This document shows, one piece after another, positions 24,855-36,600 of a DNA stretch of 64,000 nt. The notes under the pieces are model-generated. The model was given only the letters and a program-made list of their open reading frames with translations, was not told where the DNA came from and made no database searches. Numbering within the stretch: position 1 is the first letter of the stretch; every line of letters starts with the position of its first letter. Source of the stretch: Octopus sinensis (Eukaryota); assembly GCF_006345805.1 (NCBI RefSeq), contig NC_043006.1, positions 58,590,001 through 58,654,000 of the forward strand, written 5' to 3'. The translations under genes were made by a program, and so were the position numbers.

Positions 24855-26618
24855 CATTTATCACCGTTAGGAAAAATAGGATGAAAGAAAACATCAACAG
24901 ACATAAAGAGAAATGTAATAATCTTTCTCTGTAATTATTACACCATGTACAAAATTGTAGAGATATTAATAAAAGCTCTCATTCATTATTTCTGACAAAC
25001 TATCTTCCTACAAAAAGCATAAAACAAAAATAAATTCCCATTTAGATTATTTCACAGAATGGACTTATTATTACAGAGCTTATATTAAAACAATGCAGCT
25101 TGAATTTAAAAAAAAACATCTGGTTGACTTTCATATGCAATTGTTCCTATAACCTAAATTTAGCACTAGGCAGAGCACTTTACAAGCCACACACTATGGG
25201 AATAACAAGCAACAAAATAATTCTTTAAAAGCAACAAAATGAAAAAAAAAACACATATTACTATATAGCCACTTGACTTTCTCAAACTCTCTACCTAATT
25301 AGCCAAGCCTGAATGAGTATGGCAATGCCTGAGAGTTTCAACTAATGCTTGGTTTCTATGGTTTACTAACACTTAAACAAGTTCATACAGAATTTAAGCA
25401 AAAACTGAATAAAATAATTTCATCATCATCATTCAACTTCCTTGTTCCACACTTGCATGGGTTGGATGGATTGACAGAATCCAACAGGTCCAAGACCTGT
25501 ATTGTACTCAACTGTCTGTTCAGGCATGATTTCCACAGTCGGGTACTCTTCTAACACCAACCACTTCACAGTCTGTACTGGGTATTTTTCATACCACCAG
25601 CACATGTGGGATCACCATGCAGCTTATAAGACCCCGAGAGCTTATAGGACCTTAAACCTTTTATGCTAGATGGGGGGGGTTACAAGAGAAAGAGCTAGAG
25701 TAGGACCCACATGGATGGTTTCTAACATTTTAGAAAAAAGGATGGAGAATGATGAGGGTGGAGCAGGGAAGAGATAAAAATAGTGGTGATGAAGATCTGT
25801 GTGTGGACCATCAATCTATCAGGTGTGTAGAAGTAAATGTAGAGGAGTGCAGAAGAACCAGGAGTACATGAGTGAATGGGAGAGTGAGAGATGAGGAACG
25901 GCTGTGGTAGTGAATATAATAAATAACAGGAGTTGTGCCACAGGGCGCAGCTGAGCACATAATTTGTTCTGGGATATGTGGCCCATCACCTCCACCCCCT
26001 CCATCTCCTGCAGCTTTACACCCCCACTCCCCACACACACACTTTCTCCCCCTTTCCTTTCTTATCTCTCTTCTTTCCTATTTCTTTGTATTTGTATGTT
26101 GTAATAGAGTTGAGTTCCGTATGCTTTAATTAACGCAACAATGACATAAACGTTCATTCCTGTGACATTCCAGTGAATTCAAATGTGAATATCCTAAGCT
26201 TGTTCATGTTTGCATCAGCCAAAACATATCAAGAACATATACAAGACTATTTTTGATTTTGGCTGTTGTCCATGCACATGACAACTTATTATTTTTCATC
26301 AACAGCTATTCATAAAGTTTTAGCAAGCATTTTTGAGTCTTTTTTTGTTTTTGTTTTGTTTCAGAGCTTACTTTCACAACAAAAGCAAACATATTACAAG
26401 CTACATGCAAAAAGTACATTGTAGCTGACATAGCAAAACATGGAAAACATTCAATAAAAAGAAAATTACATAATATAAAAAAAAAAAAACTAGCATGACC
26501 ATGCAACATGTCCCTGTGCTATAATGATTTAGAGTGTCCATGCATACATATACAAGACCAGTTATAGCTACATATACAAGACCTGGTTATAGTTATGTGT
26601 GTGTGTGAGTGTGTATAT

Positions 26619-26657
<39 letters not shown>

Positions 26658-27696
26658 CACACACCACATACACCCATCTGCATTCTAGGAGAATCTGAAA
26701 AAGCTATCAGTAGTATCTTTAAATCAACAAATAAAATGAATGTCAAACCACCGCATGCTTCTTCAGTTTAATTAGTAATGGAAACTACAAAGTTACTTAC
26801 TAGTTCCAAAATATATAATGATAATCCACTGATAATAATTATTAATTATTATTAACTATTACTTATTACTACTAATGCAGCAGACTGACAAATACCTTAT
26901 AAAAGATTGTGAAACGCAATCGTAAGATATAAAACACTAGAGTTGTTAGTAATTACGAAATATTCTTTAACCACGTCACCCAGGGACAACTTATGCTTTT
27001 AGGTGCAGGTGTGGTTGTGTGGTAAGAAGCTTGCTCTCCAACCACTTGGTTCTGGGTCTTCATTGCTTTTCCTAGTATTACTATAGTGGCCTCTACTTTT
27101 CAGAGCATGTTATCTTTGCTGCCTCTCCTCAGACACCACTTTCAACACTCATCTCTCTTTTTTCTTATCAACCATATTGTTGTGTCCACCTATCCCACAA
27201 GTCCAACACTAATATCCCTCTAGAATTCATTCTTTGTCCACATTTTTCTTGCAGCATTCAGCATTTCAAGAGGAAACTTTGTCTAGGATAGCTTGTGAGA
27301 GCCTTGAGCAAAGATCCTTCCAACAAACTGACTCATTAGAAAAAAAAAAAAAAACTTCTGAAATTTTCCATGAAAATTATCGATGAAGCTAATAAGTAAC
27401 TTTAAGAAAACGGTTAGCAAAGCTAATACTAACTTTCTCTACCTTCATAACCACATTTCTTCACTTCAGCTTGGGTTGGGTTCTCTCCCATCGCTCTCAG
27501 TACTTCTCCAAGTTGATGTGCAGATATTTTTCCATCTCCCTTTTCATCGAACAAGTTGAAAATGTCAAGTAAATCTAAAATGACAAAATAATATAGTCAA
27601 ATGAATAAACAGTATATATATATATTTTGAAACTTGGAGATGATCCGATTTTGCCAATGAAAACACATGCACAATATATTTGGTTTTCATTTCAGC

Positions 27697-27732
<36 letters not shown>

Positions 27733-30700
27733 ATCAATTTAGTTTCTTTGTCAAAGCTCTTTTGGCACACGTCCTGTGACCTCTTCAGTGACTCTCTATC
27801 CCATGTGTCTTTGCTGAAGAGGTCACAGGATGAGTGACGAAAAAGCTTTGAAAAAGAAACTCAAATGATTATAATAAACCTGAAGTGACTGGCAAAATAT
27901 GATCATCCCCAAATAAAACAATAGCTGTTTCAACATACGATTTCACATCAAGAATCTTGCAAAAACATTTACATAAACATAACAACACATTTTGACAACT
28001 AAGATAATAAAAATTCAGTAATTTCGACACATTTCAAAAGGAGTTCTTAAAAAAAAACTGGTCTCTGCATTTATTCATTTAACGGGGAAGCAACTTTTTT
28101 TTTCGTTGTCTTTTTTACCATTGAAGAATTTGATGCCAACAATGAGAGTAAATAAAACGGAATTTTTTGTCTGCCACATATATGTGCATGTGTATGCGTG
28201 TGGTTTCCGACCACATGGCTCTGGGTTCAGTCCCATGCATGGTACCTTTTACAGCGCTGGGCTGACCAAAGGCTTGTGAGTGGAAATTGGTCAAAGGAAA
28301 CTGAAAGAAGCCCATCAAGTGTGTGTGTATGTGTGTGCGTGCATGTATGTATATCTATGTGCATATGTTTGTGTTTATCTCCCACCACCACTTGACAGCG
28401 TTGATGTGTTTACATCCCCACCTCCATAACTTAGCAGTGCAGCAAAAGGAACCAATAGAATAAGTAGTAGACTTTAAAAATAATTACTGGAGAGGGAAGG
28501 GGATCATTCAGCAAACACAGTTTTTTTTTTCTTTTCTTTTCTGTCAGCTCAGTCACTATTGTGGTTTGGATTGGTGCACACTGCAAATTTGCTGTTGAAA
28601 TATCTGCCAAGACTGTTGAATCTGGGAGGTTTTCTTTTCTTTTCTTTTCCATACTCTGTATAACAGCCAACCCAACAATAGAGGGCAGTTAAATATACAT
28701 TTCTATAGTCTCTGTTGCTCGAGTTAAGCTCAATATTTCACAATTCATGTTCAGCTCTGTATTTCTGCTCCTACTTTCCTATCAAGGAATCTGTGTTCTA
28801 CACATAAATTAATCTCAATGAAGATGTATCTTTAATACTTGTCACTGAAACTATCATTAATATTATTATTATAATTGGTAATGCAGTGAGCTGGCAGAAT
28901 TGGTAACCAAATTCTGCTGAGGTCTACTTAACCTTTCAAGGTCGATCCACTGCGTGGTATCTTGGGCAAGTGTTTTCTACTATAGCCTCGGGCTGACCAA
29001 AGGCTTGTGAGTGGATTTGGTAGATGGAAACTGAAAGAAGTCTGTCGTATATATGTATATATATATGTGTGTGTGTTTGTCCCCCCAACATCGCTTGTCA
29101 ACCAATACTGGTGTGTTTACGTCCCTGTAACTTAGCAGTTTGGCAAAAGAGACCGATGGAATAAGTACTAGGCTTACAAAGAATAAGTCCTGGGGACGCT
29201 TTGCTTGGCTAAAGACGGTGCTTCAGCCTGGCCACAGTCAAATGACTGAAACAAGTAAAAGAGTAAAGAGAGTACCAGTTGAGTACAAGGGTTAGTGTAA
29301 TCAACTTACCCCCTCCTCCCAAAACTACTGGCCTTATTATTATTATTATTAGTGGCAAGCTGGTAGAATCACTAGAGCATTGGACATGATACTTTGTGAT
29401 ATTTGTTCCAGCTGCTTGGGTTCTGAGTTCAAATCCTATCAAGGTTAAATTTGCCTTTCATTCTTTCAAGTTTGATAAAATAAAATATAATACCAGTCAA
29501 GTACTGACACCAATGTAATCAACTAACCACTCCCTCTAAAATTGCTGGCCTTGTGCAAAATTAACATTTTGAAGCAAGTTTTTAATCCAGGTCACTTTAA
29601 CCCTTTAACATTTAAACCGGCCATATCCAGCCCAAATGGTCTACCTGTTTTATGTTCAAACTGGCCAGATCCAGTCTTTCCCACCTACCCTACAATGTCA
29701 TTCTAAAATTAACTGATTACATCTTCAAAATCTTGAAGCTACAAGATAATACATGATTAATTTTTTAAAATATGGATACATAAACATTATATTTGATAAA
29801 TTAATCTGAATGCTAAAGGGTTAAAACAGTTAAGTTTATACAGAAGTGAGAACAGACTCAAGTGGGTTGAAATCAAAACAGTTGAAGTCTTGAGCTCTTG
29901 AAAAGCAAGAATTCAAAACTTTAAACTTCCCACTTATCACAGTAATTGAACATATGACTGGTTATTTTCAAAGCAGACCTTCACTGATTCCTCCAGATTC
30001 CAGACTTCAGAATTTATTCTACTGGTTACATTGCCCAATAAATAAAATAAGTTCCTATCCAGCTAAAAGAAGCTTCTCAAATTACATCGTATTTTTGGTC
30101 AGTTTTAACCATTACTTCAACTGACTGGAATAGTTCATTAACAAACACAACCACTACAGACATCCATTCCTAAAAATAGTACCACAGGATGTGTCATATG
30201 ATTCAATCAAGTCTTAGGTTTTATTTCTATCCTGTCTCAAAAATAAAAATAAATAAACCACTGCTTACACTTGAGTAAACATTTCAGTTATCATCATTAT
30301 GCCTACATGGAAAGTAGCAATACATAACACTTCACTAGAAGGAAACCTCATAATAGGGTACTTGGTTATTGCTGTCCGGCTACCAGCAGCAGTGAGCTGC
30401 AGGCTATCTGCCACCAGCACTTCACCATTGCTGGCCAGCACATAGGTTAGCAGATCCAGTGCAAGTGTGTGTGTGTGTGTGTCTACATGTTACGCATAAT
30501 TCTTTGCAGGTGTTGCTGTGTGGTAAAAAAATTAGTTTCCCAACTGAAAGGATGAAGAACAAGCTTGATCTTAGCAGAATTTGAAATGGTTTCAAATTCT
30601 AGCACAAAGCCGGCAGTGTTAGAGAGCAGGGGCAACTTAACTACATCAACCCCAGCACTTGACTGGTGCTTATTCTATTGAACCTGAAAGTTGAAGGTCG

Positions 30701-31146
30701 AAGTCAACCTCAGCAGGATTTGAAACCTGAGTGGTATTTTTTGTTTGACGTTCTTACAATTTTGCCACCTCACCACCTTAATAATAACAACAGCAACAAT
30801 ATCAACAATGACAAAGAAAACCAACAATGTTACTATTAACATGCAGAAACCCTGGAATGCAAATGTCAACGTAGCCAAAAATATAAGTTGACATAATGGT
30901 ATGATATACACAGAAATAGGACAGTGTTATATATTTTATGTCAGAAGTCAGTCACAACTAGTAGATGGAAAAATTTGAATAATAGAGAGTAAATATTTCA
31001 ATAGAGAATGTAAACCTATTTAACTGATTATGAACTTTTAACCGACTGTCTGCTAGAGAAATAATAGGAACTATTAAATAATGCCTGAGTCATATAAAAA
31101 GAGGTAAAGCATAAATTATGTCAACATGTGTTTATGTATGTATGTG

Positions 31147-31198
<52 letters not shown>

Positions 31199-33581
31199 AT
31201 ACACACCACACACACCATTATCTCATGGTGTGTGTGCGTGTGTCACTCATTAAGTTTCTAGTTCTTGGTTTCTTAGTTTATGATGGTTTTGTATATATTA
31301 TACCATAGATTAATACATCTTCATTGGATTCTAACTCTCATACGACTTATACTTGTTTAGAAATGTGTGTGTGTTAGAGAGAGAGAGAAAATTTAGAATA
31401 GACAAGAGTTTTAAAGAACCTTGCAAAAATTTTTGTAAGATTCTTTAAAAGCTCTTGTCTATTCTAAATTTTCTTTGAAACAATAGAGCCTCTGTTACAA
31501 CTTGAGTATTTGAAGGCTCTGCTTTAACACTACCACCTCATACCATACCACAATCCTCCTAAATCTACCACTTCTGCCTTGTCACTCTCCAGCACACATT
31601 ATAAACTGTTTATTTGAACAAGGAACTATTTTTCCTTTACACAGTACTTACTTATTCTATCTCCCTTCCTGCAAACAATTTCCTAACTCTGAACAGCTCT
31701 TTATACACATTTTTGTCATCCTTCTTCCTCTCATATTGAAAACAAAGTCTATTTCCTTTTTAAATGGTACAAGCATCTTTCCATGAGCTACCTTGTAAAT
31801 ATACTACTCTTAGCCATTCCACCATACTATACCCTGTCACTGACTAGAGGTAGTAACCAAATCAGCCTCAAATCAAACTCATAAAAAGGAATATACATTG
31901 AGTAATACATTCCTAGATATCTGATATGCTCAATCAGGAATTAGCTAATGCTAAATAACCCCATCAAAATTAACTTCTTCTCACCACATTCAGGTGTGTT
32001 GATGCTGACTTCATTATAGATATAAGCAGATGATTACTGAATATGATTTATCACAAGCAGGATGTTACACAGAGTGTAAATGCCATCATCACATACCATT
32101 AAAAGAAACTCCCATGTTTTAGACTACTAAAACCTGAAAGAAAATCAATTGTGTGTAATTGTTTTTGCACAGGGTTTTGTAAGGACAATATTTTAACAAG
32201 GCCAAGAGTGTATTTACTACCTGTACAGTTGGTCTAAATATATGATAACTAATTCTATTTTAATACTACCAGCAATGGAGTAGTATACATGAGCTAGTGA
32301 GGAAACCTCAACATGGTTGCTCAACCCACTAAAAATATTAACTAAACGTCCCTCAACTCGCACATCATCTAGACTTCAAAAAGGAAAGACTCATTGGGTA
32401 ATGTAGTCTGGGGGAAAAAGATAAAACAATGATAACTGCAACATGCTTGATAATATTCCTGCATGTTCAGGATCAACCTGAAGCTAAAGCATGACAGAAT
32501 GAGAAAACAAAGGCATCGAAGGGGCGATGCATATCCTGTGTGCAAATAAATTTTTCACAAATTATAGTCATGTGGTGCTCATGACTGGCATCTGTGATAG
32601 TGGAGCGCTAAGAGCACCATTCGAGCGTGATTGTTGCCAGGACCGCTGACTAGCCCCCATGACAGTGGCACGTAAAAAACAACCATTCGACCATGATTGT
32701 TACCAGCATCGCCTTACTGACACTTGTGCCAGTGGTACGTGAAAACAACATTCGAGCGACAGTGTTGCCTGTGCCGCTGGACTGGCTCCTATACGGGTGA
32801 CATGTAAAAACACCATTTGAGCGTGGCCGTTGCCAGTACCACCTGACTGGCCCTCGTGCTGGTGGCATGTAAAAGCACTCACTACACTCTCAAGGTGGTT
32901 GACATTAGGAAGGGCATCCAGCTGTAGAAACTCTGCCAGATCAGATTGGAGCCCTGGTGCAGCCATCTGGCTCACCAGTCCCCAGTCAAACCATCCAACC
33001 CATGCCAGTATGGAAAGCGGATGCTAAACGACGATGATAATGATGATGATAGCGTGGCTTACAATGCATTGCTTAGCCATGCTTTTTAACTAAACTGAGT
33101 TAAGCTTTGTAAGTGTTTGACTAAAAGAGGATTAGAAGGCTAAGTAGATGGCAGCTAAAAGAAGACTTGATCGATGTCTACGCCAAATGCATGAGTGAAA
33201 TTTGCATATGACTAAATGAAATATTTTTAGAAAATATTGCATAGAATTTGAGAAGAGTTTTCAACATCTTCCTATGATGGCAGGCGAATCACAGGTACTG
33301 TAATTCATTGAAGGATACAAATATTATAACCACTTGCTTATTGGAAAATTTGTAAGTTGGATTCTTTTTTTTTTTATTTAAATTATCACCATTATAGGTA
33401 TTTATACTCCAGTGAAACTAAGAAATCAACTCATAAATAAACGAAACCCTTGAATCCATCACTGTACATACACACACAGTCGCATATTTATGTATGTATA
33501 TACCCACACGTGTCTACATGCATAGATACACCATGATCTATACACACGCAGACAAGGGTCAAATGAAATGAGATTATATAA

Positions 33582-33618
<37 letters not shown>

Positions 33619-36600
33619 TGTGAGTCATCTAAGAGACCATAAGTTAGGGAAGAGATGCACTCATATATTTGTCAGTAGAGTAGGTATCTTATCCAAAATG
33701 TATAGTATTAAATATCCATCACAGCTGGTCTAACCAATCAGTTTCACATAAAGAATACAATGGAGTGTTAGGTAACAAGCTGATTATATAACTTTATGCT
33801 CATCAGAGTTAGCCGATATGAAAGTGAATATGGTGACTGCTTTCTATTCTATTCAGATAGAGAGCAGTCGCCATATTCCATAGTGGCAAACTCTGATGAG
33901 TGTAAAGTTATATAATCGGTTTGTTACCTAACACTCCATTGTATTCATTACGTGAAACAGATTGGTAAGACCAGCTGTAATGGATATTTAATACTATACA
34001 TTTCGGATAATATATAGTGTTCTGTTCCATGATGGTAATATCAACAAAAAAAGTAGCTCATCTGGTGAGAGATAAATAGTATTTAATAAAAATAATCCTT
34101 TTTTTTATATGCTAGTAATAGATTCTTGTGCGGAAAACACGCCAAAACACTGCATACCTTGCGTGCACATAAATTCTTTCGCAAAAAATCTGCATACTCA
34201 AAACATTTTGATTCATCTGCCCACCAGTTTTGAAGATAATCAAACCAAATTTTCATCATTTCGAGTCATTCACCCAATGAGTATTTCTGCCAAATTTGGT
34301 GAAAATCCGTTTGGCCATTTTCCAGTAATTTTGCAAACAAAATGACAAAAACAAGTGATTACAATACCCTGCTTTCACCTATGCGCACAGGGTAATTAGA
34401 GAGAGTAAAGTGAAAGGAACACGTCTAGAACTGTATGTTTGAATAAAGTACTATTTGTCTATTTAGACTCTACAGTTCCATAATATGGGGATAAAATTAT
34501 TATGATGACATGGGCTATTGGAATATTACTTTTAGCCTTGCGAACGTGATATTCCATGAGGAAGAAACAGTTTGGACTGTATAAGCTATGGAATTAAGCA
34601 TTCGTGTCAGACAAAACACACCACTAAAATATGAAAACAGAAAAACCTTAGCCCTTTCTTCACACAAGATAAAATATAATAGCAGTCACAAAGTACAGGT
34701 ATTTTCAGAAATAAAATACACTTGAGACAATTAAGACCTCTTGTGTTTTCCAGACAACATCCTGTTATGCACCTGAACAACATCATCAGTGATGCTTCCT
34801 AAGGCCATTCGGGGTTTCAGGTCTTTTAACAATCAGAGACCCTCTAACCTTGGACTACATCAGGAGGAGAATCAAATGCCGAATTCGATTTATAGGGCGA
34901 TAAATTACTGACAAAAAGAAAAAAAGGTATAAGTTATATTTCTAGTTCTTTGAAAACCGGTTTTAACACAGGTCACCACTTTGTAATTAAAAATGATGAG
35001 GAATTTTAAAGCATTTAAAATTTGCACAATATTCAGCTAAAGTTAAAACAAGCGTACATGAATCTGATACTTAAATATTTACACCGTATCTATTATGTGT
35101 ACTCTGCCAGCATAGATCTTCTTTTTGGATATATATTTTTAACTACACAGTACATAGAAAAATGAGTTTTATGTAGTTCAATTAATATTTTTATCACACA
35201 AAACAATGTGTAATGGTAATATGTGATCAATAATAATGAATGGGTACATTCACTATTCTCTTTACCCCACAAATCAATTAGAGAGAGAAGGGGAGATACA
35301 TATACAGATACATTTATTTATATTAGCAGGTACCATTCATGGAGTTTACCCAAGTTTATGTGATGGGTGTCTATTTTCTTTTTAAATTTTCATGCATAAC
35401 ACTGGTTTATGAAGCAGTCAGGCAGATTTGTGGTGGTTTAAATCATCATACCTAACACAATGTCTCTCTTCTAATTACATAACATGAATCCTAGATGGAG
35501 AGAATTTAGCTTGGGATGACCTGAGACTAAACAGCAATAAGTCTCTTGACGCTTCAAAGCAGCACCTATTCTAGCCAAAAAATGTCCTCTTATGTATGTA
35601 TGGATGGACAGACAGACATATTATTTCACTTAGGCACTGCGATACTAATAACCTGGCGTAGACTCAATAAATGTATGCTTCAAAATGAAGCGTTAGTCGC
35701 GTACAGGGCGGTAATGAGAAAATAAGATGACAAAGGAACAAACGATTATCTTATGAACTTCATTAGCTTACAGCTGTTTCTATAATAAGATGCAGTGAAC
35801 TCATAGTTGAGTGCCTGAGTAACACCTTACAGGCATGGGGCACACTGGGCAAGTGTCCTGCGGCCTCGCGAGTCCGGGGATCCAATTCTGGTCTGTTTTC
35901 TGTAAATCAGTAAATAAATATTGTAGGGCCAAGTGCATTGATTTAGTCCTGTTTGCTCGACCTAGCAGAAATAGCAGCTAAGTTTCCATCAACTCGCACT
36001 CCACTCTGTCTATAACGCTGCTAAGATGGTATGCAAGTGTGCCCTCCACCCCCATCAACTTCATTTCCTAACTTAGGGAAAAAAATGGACATTCTTTAAT
36101 GAAATAAGACAGGATGGAGGTGCATGCTCATGCAGATGAGCCTATGGCAATCCTTGAAGTGGTGGCTGCTTAACCCCACGTCAGCCAAGATAGAGCTAAC
36201 CTACGATCGAACGCATTCCCTCTGCCGTTTTGAATCATTCCATCTTTTTTTCTATCATCTAATGTATTCATTTCTAAGGAGACAGAGTGGAGTGCGAGTT
36301 GGTGAGAACTTAGCTGCTATTTCTGCCAGGTCGAGTAACCACCTAAGCCTCACCTACTCGAAATAGCAGTCACACCTCTTTCAAATTCCACCTTACGGTC
36401 TTAAAATTTTCACAGCAGACACAGTGGTTCTAAATACACAAAAAGAAAGCATGGTATGTATGTATGTATGGCTGGAACTTCTTTGGTTATGGATCTGCTC
36501 ATTTAGGACTGACCTGGGACTAAACAACAAATGAATCCAAAGTCTCAGACATTTATGTAAGACATTCTAAGGAGTGACTAACTCAAAGATATGTCTAGGC

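Noticed and set aside
32221-32233. 13-nt microexon (TNCT) as exon 2 of the light chain
   Set aside because: Weak acceptor; the 28-nt exon at 37997..38024 has far better sites and homology.
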